Position numbers and translations under genes: made by a program. Of a stretch of 64,000 nucleotides of DNA, positions 52,552 through 60,347 are shown piece after piece (the first letter of the stretch is position 1; every line of letters starts with the position of its first letter). The stretch comes from a bacterium (GTDB lineage: Bacteria > Zhuqueibacterota > QNDG01 > DTFT01). The stretch is taken from the NCBI GenBank assembly GCA_030372965.1, contig JAUCQC010000125.1:7234-71233 (forward strand), in the 5' to 3' direction. A model generated the notes under the pieces. It ran no database searches. It was not told the origin of the DNA and worked only from the letters and a program-made list of their open reading frames with translations.

Positions 52552-53955
52552 TTACCGGCCGAGCAGCATCTTGACCGACCGGCGGAATCCGCCCGCATCA
52601 AGCCGGGCGACGTAGACGCCGGCCGCCGCATCCATGCCGGATGCGTCCTTCCCGTCCCACCGCGCCTCATGCGGTCCCGCCGGCGCGTCCGCGTCGAGCA
52701 GGGTCGCGATCCTGCGGCCCCGGACGTCGAACACGGACAGGTTGGCCCGGCACGGGACCGGCAGGTCGAAGCGGATCACCGTGGCCGGATTGAAGGGATT
52801 CGGGAAAGCGTTTGACAGGTTGAAACCCGCGGGCGGAGACACCGCTCCGCCGTCGATGCCGGAGAGGGTGACGGTGATTTCATACGTCTTGTCCTGAACG
52901 ACGCCGTCGCTGACGCCGCCGTGGATCAGTAACTCATAGGCGACCTCTCCACTGCGCTTCTGGATCCGGTTCAAGGCCACGGCCGCGGCCTGGCTCAACG
53001 GGCAGGGCAGTTCACCCACGTATTGCCATTTCTGTTCGGCCGCGTTGAACATCCAGAGGTCGTTCAGCGCCTTGTAGTCTTCCCCCTCTCCGCCCGCGAC
53101 GAAAAACCGGTCGTTGAACGCCGCAACCGCGGCCTTCACCCTCGGCGGAACCATGTCCAGCGAGTCCCCGGTCGAATCCTCCATTTTGACCCACCGGTGA
53201 TTGAGGGCGTCCCATTCGAAGAGGTCGTTCAGATGGACGCGGCCGTTGTGTCCGCCGAACACCATGAAAATGCCGTTGATGACCACGGCCATCTGCCCGT
53301 ACCGGTTGGGCGGCGGCGGTCCCATGCACTCGCTGATCGTCCAGTCCGGGTGGTCCGGATCCAGCCGGAACAGATTGCTGCTCATGTTGCCCATGTCGTC
53401 CTGGCCTCCGTACAGGTGCAGCGCGCCGTCAAACGACGCCAGCGACGATTGCATGAGCGGACCGGGCTTGGTATTGCCCGCTGTCTGGACCGGTTGCCAT
53501 AGGGACTTCATGGCGGTGTTCGAAGGCGGCCGGAAGCGGAAAAAATCGTCAAGCACGTTCCCGTTGTTTGCGACTCCGCTGTACACGTAGACCCATCCGT
53601 CGTGAGCCTCCATCCCGTGATCGAAACGGCCGGCGGGAGCGGTCCCTTCGAACACGATCGGCTGCCACGCATGCCCCTGCGTGTCGTACGTGTAGGCGAG
53701 ATTGGTGGCGCCGCCTGCGTCCCAGCCCTGATTCCCGCCGAACATGACGATTTCATTTTCGGTCCGGACGATGCCGTGACCGAACAATGCCGGAACCGCG
53801 TCCGTGTCCGTGGCGGCCTTGTGCAACCGGCCGTATTCCCGTATCGACAGGGTGACACCCGGAGCCGCCGTCCTTTCTGAACCGGCCAGAGAGGGGAATC
53901 CCGAGAACAGACACAGGAGAAAGGTGATCCGGAACCAGCGGTCAGGACGCGCCAT
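52552..53955 (-). CDS. Kelch-repeat beta-propeller protein with T9SS C-terminal sorting domain
   Basis: A signal peptide (MARPDRWFRITFLLCLFSGFPSLAGS) and repeated Kelch motifs (GG..G) are followed by a C-terminus NPFNPATVIRFDLP...GVYVARLDAGGFRRSVKMLLGR matching the Por_Secre_tail pattern. Confidence 0.75.
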   Translation of the reverse strand: MARPDRWFRITFLLCLFSGFPSLAGSERTAAPGVTLSIREYGRLHKAATDTDAVPALFGHGIVRTENEIVMFGGNQGWDAGGATNLAYTYDTQGHAWQPIVFEGTAPAGRFDHGMEAHDGWVYVYSGVANNGNVLDDFFRFRPPSNTAMKSLWQPVQTAGNTKPGPLMQSSLASFDGALHLYGGQDDMGNMSSNLFRLDPDHPDWTISECMGPPPPNRYGQMAVVINGIFMVFGGHNGRVHLNDLFEWDALNHRWVKMEDSTGDSLDMVPPRVKAAVAAFNDRFFVAGGEGEDYKALNDLWMFNAAEQKWQYVGELPCPLSQAAAVALNRIQKRSGEVAYELLIHGGVSDGVVQDKTYEITVTLSGIDGGAVSPPAGFNLSNAFPNPFNPATVIRFDLPVPCRANLSVFDVRGRRIATLLDADAPAGPHEARWDGKDASGMDAAAGVYVARLDAGGFRRSVKMLLGR

Positions 53956-54064
53956 TGTCATCCCTTTCGTCAATGAAGGAGGCGGACAGGTTTGAAACGA
54001 TTGATACTCTTGATATTACCAATAAAGCCGTTTAAAGTCAATAAAAAAGACCAGGATCGGATTT

Positions 54065-54409
54065 TCAGCAGGTCAGGTGAAAAGCGGCCAGAACAGGCTC
54101 GCCGGCTGAAACCAGCGCGTTATACGTCCGTACGGCGCGGCCCGTCCTGTAGGAATGAAACGCGATGCCTGCTTCGGAAAGACGACGCACGACTTCAGCA
54201 TCCGTTTTCATCCGTCCGAAGAGCCCTGATCCAACCACCACGGCTCGGGGCCTGGCCGCCTCGACGGACTCGCGGAGGTCCTCCCACCTGAGCCGGTGCC
54301 CTTCCTGCCGCCTCCACCCGTCGCGGATGCCGTCGGGCAGAAGGATGAGGTCGGATCCGTGCCGGACGCCGTCGACCTTCATCATGCCGAATCGATACGC
54401 CTCGATCAA
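54065..54409 (-). CDS. MTH938-like (DUF498) family protein
   Basis: YRFGMMKVDGVRHGSDLILLPDG...WRRQEGHRL...RAVVVGSG fits the MTH938 family. The TTG start overlaps the queH stop (TTGA). Confidence 0.6.
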   Translation of the reverse strand: MIEAYRFGMMKVDGVRHGSDLILLPDGIRDGWRRQEGHRLRWEDLRESVEAARPRAVVVGSGLFGRMKTDAEVVRRLSEAGIAFHSYRTGRAVRTYNALVSAGEPVLAAFHLTC

Positions 54410-54975
54410 CGCGCCCTCCTCCTTTCCGCCTCACGGAGGCTGAACTCGCACCCGCAGTAGTCCTGGCGGTACAACCCGGCCTCCCGGCTGAGCGCGCAGC
54501 TCTTCCGGAAACCGTCCTGTTTCTTGAAATCCGCCGCGATAAAAGTCACTCCCGTCAACGGTCCGATTTCGGATCCGATGCGGTTGATCAGGGCCGCGTT
54601 CTTATGGGGGCTGACGGTTAGCGTGGTGGCGAAGGCGTCCATCCCGGACGCGGCCGCGCGTTCGGCCGTCCGCTCCAGCCGGAAACGGAAGCAGACCCGG
54701 CATCGTTTTCCGCCTTCGGGCTCGTCCTCCAGACCCCGGATCGCGTAACGCCAGTTACCGGCGTCGTATTCCGCGGTTTCGACCGGAAAATTCCATCGAT
54801 CTCCGAGCGCGCGAATTTCATCGAGTCGCGCCCGGTACTCGGATTCGGGGAAAATGTTCGGATTGTCGAAATAGACGGTGACATCGAATGCTTCACGGAG
54901 AACGGTGAAGGGATGGGTGCCGCACGGCGCGCAGCAGGCGTGCAGAAGAAGGCGGCGCCGGCCCGAACCGTTCAC
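54406..54975 (-). CDS. queH: Epoxyqueuosine reductase QueH (DUF208)
   Basis: LLHACCAPCGTH and YCGCEFS Cys motifs are present. GTG 54975 overlaps the thiD stop (GTGA). The ORF-track N-terminal 55 aa is run-on. Confidence 0.8.
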   Translation of the reverse strand: MNGSGRRRLLLHACCAPCGTHPFTVLREAFDVTVYFDNPNIFPESEYRARLDEIRALGDRWNFPVETAEYDAGNWRYAIRGLEDEPEGGKRCRVCFRFRLERTAERAAASGMDAFATTLTVSPHKNAALINRIGSEIGPLTGVTFIAADFKKQDGFRKSCALSREAGLYRQDYCGCEFSLREAERRRAR

Positions 54976-55784
54976 GGCCGGCTCCCGGGGCAGGCCGCCA
55001 GATGATCGAGCACAACGGACCCTCCAGTCGAGAAACCGGATCGGATGGCGTTTTCGAGATACGCTTTCGCGTCTCGGACCGCCGCGTCGAGCGGACTCCC
55101 CTTCACCAGGCCGCAGAGTATGGCCGCGGACAGGGTGCATCCCGTGCCGTGGGCCGGCCGGGACCCGATCCGTTTTCCGGGATAGCGCGTCACGGTCTTG
55201 CCGTCGAAGAGGACATCCACCGGATCTCCGGGCAGATGACCTCCCTTGACGAGAACGGCCGCCGGTCCCATGCGCCGGATGACGCGTGCGGCCTCTTCCA
55301 TGTCCGCCCCGCTCCTGATCGGCACGCCCGAAAGGGATTCGGCTTCCTCGGTGTTGGGCGTGACCAGACTGGCGCAGGGAAGCAGATCGCTGATCACCGC
55401 GCCGACCGCGGACGCGTCGAGCAGGGGACTGCCGTCCTTGGCGACCATGACAGGATCCACGACGACCGGGATGTTCTTGAGGAGGCGCAGCTCTTCGGCC
55501 ACGGCCCGGACGATGTCCGCGTTGAAGAGCATGCCGGTTTTCACGCCGTCCGCGCCCATGTCCGTCCGGACGGCCCGTATCTGGAGGCGGACCAATTCCG
55601 GATCCAATCCGGCCACGGCCAGGACGGATCTGGAATTCTGGGCGGTGACCGCGGTCAGAGCCGTCATGCCGAAGACGCCGAAAGAGCCGAAGGTCTTCAG
55701 GTCCGCCTGAACGCCCGCGCCGCCTCCGGAATCGGATCCCGCGATGGTGAGCGCCCGGCGACGGCCGCTGTTCACAGGAGACAC
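54972..55784 (-). CDS. thiD: Hydroxymethylpyrimidine/phosphomethylpyrimidine kinase
   Basis: ALTIAGSDSGGGAGVQADLKT and the GTGCTLSAAI motif are present. The start is GTG. Confidence 0.9.
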   Translation of the reverse strand: MSPVNSGRRRALTIAGSDSGGGAGVQADLKTFGSFGVFGMTALTAVTAQNSRSVLAVAGLDPELVRLQIRAVRTDMGADGVKTGMLFNADIVRAVAEELRLLKNIPVVVDPVMVAKDGSPLLDASAVGAVISDLLPCASLVTPNTEEAESLSGVPIRSGADMEEAARVIRRMGPAAVLVKGGHLPGDPVDVLFDGKTVTRYPGKRIGSRPAHGTGCTLSAAILCGLVKGSPLDAAVRDAKAYLENAIRSGFSTGGSVVLDHLAACPGSRP

Positions 55785-55832
55785 CCCGCGGTGGTGATCC
55801 GGAACGCGGTTCCGGACACCGCCTGAATGGAA

Positions 55833-55858
55833 AGAGGCAGAGCCCGGCTCTGCCTCTC
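55833..55858. terminator. Hairpin (10-bp stem) downstream of ferredoxin gene
   Basis: AGAGGCAGAGC-CCGG-GCTCTGCCTCT. The U-tract on the minus strand is weak. Confidence 0.35.
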
Positions 55859-55884
55859 GAAAGCGCTCCGTGTGCGGCCGGCCG

Positions 55885-56058
55885 TCAACCGTTCGCCTTG
55901 ATGGCTTCGACCGGACAGACCTCGGCGCACGCGCCGCAATCCGTGCACTTGGCCGCGTCGATCACGTAAATGGGATCGCCTTCGCTGATCGCCTCAACCG
56001 GGCATTCAGGAACGCAGGATCCGCATGCGATGCATTCTTCTCCGATTTTGTGGGCCAC
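55885..56058 (-). CDS. 2x[4Fe-4S] ferredoxin (57 aa)
   Basis: Two CxxCxxCxxxCP motifs are present. GTG 56058 has AAGGAGG 5 nt upstream. The ORF-track upstream 65 aa is run-on. Confidence 0.85.
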   Translation of the reverse strand: MAHKIGEECIACGSCVPECPVEAISEGDPIYVIDAAKCTDCGACAEVCPVEAIKANG

Positions 56059-56098
56059 AGGGACCTCCTTGTGAAAGGGCCGGTTTTTGAACCGGGTT

Positions 56099-56127
56099 AA
56101 TATAGCAAGTTTCTCCATCAAAGTCAA
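56099..56127 (-). promoter_or_regulatory. Consensus sigma70 promoter (TTGACT-17-TATATT, minus strand) of ferredoxin gene
   Basis: The hexamers were read on the reverse complement. The 5' UTR begins with a CCGGTT-N4-AACCGG hairpin. Confidence 0.5.
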
Positions 56128-56173
56128 TCGGATGTGCCCGCCGAACCGGACAGCTACCGGTTCCGGATCGGGC

Positions 56174-57190
56174 CTAGACCATCCATTTTTCAAGGTCCGC
56201 CGGATCCATGGCCGACGCGTCGATCCGCATGGATTCGTCCCCGCGCCTGGCACGGACCCGGATCCGGTCCCCTGACCTTCGGTTCACGTACCGGGCGAGC
56301 ATCGAGGCCACGAGGGCCGCCTCTTCGGGACCCGAAACCGCGTCGGCCAGCGCCGTGGGTCCGGTGGTGTCCTCGGCTTCGAAGACCCACCGGCCCCCCG
56401 ACAGCTTCTCCAGCGATTCATTGTCCTTTTCCTCGCGGCCGATGATCACCCAGCGCCCGGACCCTGTCCAGAAATGCCTGCCGAACCTGCAGAGCATCAT
56501 GGTTTCCGGCGTGATGGATTCCTGTCCGCGGTTTCGGATGAACGCCTTCACGCGCCTGGCGTAGAAAGGGTCCGTGAGGATGCAGCCGCCCGCGGGCTGG
56601 GCGTACCCGGTGATGCCGAGCTCCGCGGCGAGCGTCTCCTGCGGCCTGCGGCCCCGGCCGCTGATGCCGTACAGACGGCTTCTGTCCACCCAGCCGTTTT
56701 CCTCCGGGAGGGTGACCGGAAGGACGTGCGCCGACAGGGGGCGGAGAATGAGCCGCTTCAGGCCGGCGAGTTTCTCGATGTGGAAAAGCGTGGGCTTGTG
56801 CTGAGACATGGGTCTCTGACCGACGACTTCGCCGGTCACGAGGAACGCCGCGCCGATTTCGTCCATCAGGACCTTGGCGCGGCGGATCATGAAGAGGTGG
56901 CAATCGATGCAGGGATTCACGGCCGAACCGAACCCGTGTTCGGGCCGGCGGAGAACGTCCATGAAGGGATCCGTGACATCCTGCACGTGCAGCCGGATGC
57001 CCATGGCCGACGCCTTCTCCGCGAGCGCTTCGGGCCTCTCCCGGCCCGGACCGAACGCGAAACGGAAGGTGCAGTGCAGACCGTGGACCTCCACCCCCAG
57101 GCCGGCGACAATCCGGGCGGCCAGCAGGCTGTCCAGGCCAGCGGACATGAGAGCGACGGCCCGGATCACTTCAGAACCCCAGGGAGTCAC
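56174..57190 (-). CDS. PP-loop ATP pyrophosphatase, MnmA-like tRNA thiouridine synthase family (CxxC...C variant)
   Basis: The N-terminal PP-loop AVALMSAGLDS is followed by GIRLHV...NPCIDCHLFMIRRAKVL...FLVTGE, colinear with MnmA GIELH...NPDILCNKEIKF...ATGHY but with a CxxC motif, and a downstream GGC. Confidence 0.5.
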   Translation of the reverse strand: MTPWGSEVIRAVALMSAGLDSLLAARIVAGLGVEVHGLHCTFRFAFGPGRERPEALAEKASAMGIRLHVQDVTDPFMDVLRRPEHGFGSAVNPCIDCHLFMIRRAKVLMDEIGAAFLVTGEVVGQRPMSQHKPTLFHIEKLAGLKRLILRPLSAHVLPVTLPEENGWVDRSRLYGISGRGRRPQETLAAELGITGYAQPAGGCILTDPFYARRVKAFIRNRGQESITPETMMLCRFGRHFWTGSGRWVIIGREEKDNESLEKLSGGRWVFEAEDTTGPTALADAVSGPEEAALVASMLARYVNRRSGDRIRVRARRGDESMRIDASAMDPADLEKWMV

Positions 57191-57467
57191 GCGTCTCCCG
57201 GCTGATCCGTTCGGGAGTCCACGGCGGATCCCAGACCAGCTCGACGGCCGCGTCCTTGACGCCTTCGATATCCCTCAGTTTCGACTCCACCTCCGCCGCC
57301 AGCACACCGGCAAGCGGGCAGTGTGGAGACGTCAGGGTCATGCGGACAAGGACCGATTCGCCGTTGACCGCCACTTCGTATACCAGTCCGAGATCCACGA
57401 TATTGATGGGAATCTCCGGGTCATAGCATTCTTTCAGCCGATCCAGGATCTGTTCACGGGTGGGCAT
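57171..57467 (-). CDS. DUF59 (MIP18/SufT-like) Fe-S assembly domain protein
   Basis: MPTREQILDRLKECYDPEIPINIVDLGLVYEV...TSPHCPLAG is the DUF59 signature. Confidence 0.7.
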   Translation of the reverse strand: MPTREQILDRLKECYDPEIPINIVDLGLVYEVAVNGESVLVRMTLTSPHCPLAGVLAAEVESKLRDIEGVKDAAVELVWDPPWTPERISRETRDSLGF

Positions 57468-57555
57468 GCATTTCTCCTGTCTGGCGCAGAGGACACGAAC
57501 TTTTCCCCCGCCCATTCATGTTCCGCCGGGAGCGGCGGGACGGAGCGGCCGGGGG

Positions 57556-58467
57556 TCAACCCTTCTCGATACGGACCACGGTGAGGTCCAGGTACTGGAC
57601 GTGTATGCCCGAAAACCGCTCCACATTCTGGATGATGTACAGCTGGAGCCCGGACAGGATGTCCGGCATGACCATTCCGTAGGGCAGGCTGAGTTTGACC
57701 TTGATGCGGAATCCGTCGGCCGACTTGTCGGTGTGGATTTTTGAAACGCTGATCTGCTTCCCGTATTCCTGAACACAGTGGAATACCATCTGGCTGAGCG
57801 CGGCCTCGGAGATGGAGAGACGTCCCCGGTTTGAGAACGGCGGCTGGACGATGGTCTTCTCGACGACCTTGTCGCGTGTCAGCCATCGCGACCGGGTCCG
57901 CAGGAAAAGTTTCACGGAATCGAGCACCCGGTGCGAAGGATCTTTGCGGACCTCCAGCATGGGCACCGGAATGACGTGTTTGTCTTCGGTCCGGCGGACG
58001 TCCTGCGCGCGCCGGATATCCTCCTCGGTGGCCACGTCCTCGATGTAGACGATCTGCCCCGGATACGGCAGTTCGAGCTGTTCGGCGATCCGGCCGACCA
58101 TCTTCTCGGAAGTGCCGATCAGCAGAATGGATTTGAATTTTTCCTGCTGAAGGGCCTCGCGGATCTCGCGCGCGTTCTCCTCGTCCTCGAAGATCGCGCG
58201 CTTGATCGCCGTGACCTTGTTGTGCTCCCGCTTGGAGGACTTGCCGGCGATGATGTGCGATTCCCGTATGAGAAGACCGTCGTCGACGATCAGGTCGATC
58301 TCGTATTTCTCGGCGACCAGACGCGCGCGGAAGCTCTTGCCGGTTCCGCTGGGACCGACCAGGGCGTAGACCTTGGGCGCCTTCCTGCCCCTGGATTTGA
58401 AGGGCATCAGCATGCCCTTGATGTTGCGGACGGTGTCCAGGGGACCGTCCATGATGGGTGTTTTCAT
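57556..58467 (-). CDS. Fusion protein: N-terminal P-loop NTPase domain + C-terminal Asp23/Gls24 family domain
   Basis: Walker A VYALVGPSGTGKS and a Walker B-like LIVDDG form the N-terminal domain. The C-terminal 120 aa match Asp23 (SISEAALSQMVFHCVQEYGKQ...VQYLDLTVVRIE). Confidence 0.6.
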   Translation of the reverse strand: MKTPIMDGPLDTVRNIKGMLMPFKSRGRKAPKVYALVGPSGTGKSFRARLVAEKYEIDLIVDDGLLIRESHIIAGKSSKREHNKVTAIKRAIFEDEENAREIREALQQEKFKSILLIGTSEKMVGRIAEQLELPYPGQIVYIEDVATEEDIRRAQDVRRTEDKHVIPVPMLEVRKDPSHRVLDSVKLFLRTRSRWLTRDKVVEKTIVQPPFSNRGRLSISEAALSQMVFHCVQEYGKQISVSKIHTDKSADGFRIKVKLSLPYGMVMPDILSGLQLYIIQNVERFSGIHVQYLDLTVVRIEKG

Positions 58468-58475
58468 GGGAGTTC

Positions 58476-58504
58476 AGTTTAGCACATTTTAACCAGAAAA
58501 TCAA
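58476..58504 (-). promoter_or_regulatory. Promoter (TTGATT-17-TGcTAAACT) placing TSS at or within 2 nt of the ATG: leaderless transcript
   Basis: The -10 hexamer ends 8 nt upstream of ATG 58467. No SD is present. Confidence 0.35.
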
Positions 58505-58618
58505 GACCGGATCGGCACGTTCCGGAGGGAACGCGCCGGGGAGTCCGGATGCTCCCCGTTCCGCGGAGCCGGGGGGGCCGTTACCCAAAACTGAAGACCC
58601 GCCGCGTCTCCCCCGCCC

Positions 58619-60343
58619 TCAATCGAAAAGCGGTACGAAATCGAAGCGGCCGACGTCAACGAGACCGCGGTCTGTCAGCTTGAGTTCGGGAATCACCGGA
58701 AGCGCCAGGAAGGAGAGCTGCATGAACGGATCGATCAGACCGCACCCCATCTCCCGGGCGGCTTTCTTGAGCGACTCCAGCCGTTCCGCGACGGATTCGA
58801 GCGGCGCGTCGGTCATCAGGCCCGCCACGGGCAGGGGCAGAGATTCCCGCACCCGGCCGCCCTCGACGGCCGCGAGACCTCCGTTCATCCGGATCAGTTC
58901 CCGGACAGCCGCGGCCAATTCCTCATCGGACGTGCCCACGGCGATGAGATTGTGCGAATCGTGCGCCACGGACGAGGCGAACGCGCCCCGGCGGATGCCG
59001 AACCCGCGCACGAACGCCGCGGCCACGCGGCCCGTGCCGCTGTGTCTCTCGACGACCGCGAGCTTGAGGATGTCGCGTGCGGTGTCCGGGACAACAAAGC
59101 CATCCTGCGAAACCGGCGTCTCCCACGCGGCGGCGGTGACGATCTGACCGGGAATCAGCTCGATGATGCGCAATCGCTTGCCGGGTTCGATCCGGATGCG
59201 AAAAGCGTCCGCCCGGGGCGGAACCAGGGATATGGGTACGGTCCGGACGGGGGCCGGGCCCCGGCCCGGTTCTCCGGCGGGACGCCCGTCCTTCGCGACG
59301 ACGCGGCCCGCCTTCAGCACCAGGCTGCAGGACAGGGACCTGAAATCGTCGAACACCGCGAGATCCGCGCGGAACCCGGGGGCCACCGCGCCCCGGTCCC
59401 GCAGACCGAAATGACGGGCCGGATTCCAGGAGGCCATGCGCACGGCCAGGGCCGGATCCAGGCCCTTGTCCACGGCACGCCGCACGATGAAGTCCATGTG
59501 TCCTTCGCGAATCAGGTCGAACGGATGCCGGTCGTCCGTGCAGAAAGCGAACCGGTCCGCGTTTTCGGGCCGGACGATCGGGAGGAGCGCGTCCAGGTTC
59601 CGGGCGGCGGTGCCTTCCCGGATCAGCACCAGCATGCCCTTCCTCGCTTTCTCCAGTGCCTCCTCCGCGGTGAAGCACTCGTGGTCCGATCCGATGCCCG
59701 CGGCGATGTAGGCCGACAGGCTGTTTCCTGAAAGCCCGGGTGCGTGACCGTCCACGAGGCCGTTCTTGGCGCCGGAGATCTTTTCGAGCACATCCGGGAG
59801 GGCCGCGAGCACGCCGGGAAAATTCATCATCTCGGCGAGACCCAGGACCTGCGGATTGTCGTACAGCGATTCCAGGTCCCGGCCGGTCAGAGCCGCGCCG
59901 GACGTCTCCAGGGGGGTCGCCGGAACGCAGGAGGGCGCCATCAGGAAAACGTCGAGCGGGAGTCCTGCCGTCCACGAGATCAAGTCCCGTACGCCGTCCG
60001 CTCCCAGGACATTGGCGATCTCGTGCGGATCGGCGATCACGGCGGTGGTTCCGCGGGGCACGACCGCCCTGGCGTACTGGGCAGGAGTCACCATGGCGCT
60101 TTCGAGGTGCACGTGGCTGTCGATGAACCCCGGCGCGACGAATCGGCCCTCCAGGTCCACGGTTTCCCTCGCGGGAAGCGTCTCCAGCGCGGTGATGACG
60201 CCTTTGCGAACCGCGATCGGGGCGGTGAGAATCTCGCCCGTCCACACATTGACGACACGGCCGTTTGTCAGGAGCAGGTCGTTTTCAATCCTGCCGGCCG
60301 CCGCATCGATGAGTTCCTTCAGTTCCATTCCGGATTCCTCCAT
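58619..60343 (-). CDS. ade: Adenine deaminase
   Basis: LLLTNGRVVNV, the metal-binding FIDSHVHLES and the overall Ade fold are present. The start is ATG 60343 or 60328. The ORF-track N-terminal 79 aa is run-on. Confidence 0.85.
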   Translation of the reverse strand: MEESGMELKELIDAAAGRIENDLLLTNGRVVNVWTGEILTAPIAVRKGVITALETLPARETVDLEGRFVAPGFIDSHVHLESAMVTPAQYARAVVPRGTTAVIADPHEIANVLGADGVRDLISWTAGLPLDVFLMAPSCVPATPLETSGAALTGRDLESLYDNPQVLGLAEMMNFPGVLAALPDVLEKISGAKNGLVDGHAPGLSGNSLSAYIAAGIGSDHECFTAEEALEKARKGMLVLIREGTAARNLDALLPIVRPENADRFAFCTDDRHPFDLIREGHMDFIVRRAVDKGLDPALAVRMASWNPARHFGLRDRGAVAPGFRADLAVFDDFRSLSCSLVLKAGRVVAKDGRPAGEPGRGPAPVRTVPISLVPPRADAFRIRIEPGKRLRIIELIPGQIVTAAAWETPVSQDGFVVPDTARDILKLAVVERHSGTGRVAAAFVRGFGIRRGAFASSVAHDSHNLIAVGTSDEELAAAVRELIRMNGGLAAVEGGRVRESLPLPVAGLMTDAPLESVAERLESLKKAAREMGCGLIDPFMQLSFLALPVIPELKLTDRGLVDVGRFDFVPLFD

Positions 60344-60347
60344 CGGT

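Noticed and set aside
53992-54291. 99-aa plus-strand ORF preceded by AAGGAGG in the Kelch/MTH938 intergenic region
   Set aside because: After an AT-rich start, the ORF runs antisense through the MTH938-like gene with low-complexity Arg/Pro-rich translation. The SD-like heptamer is probably fortuitous.
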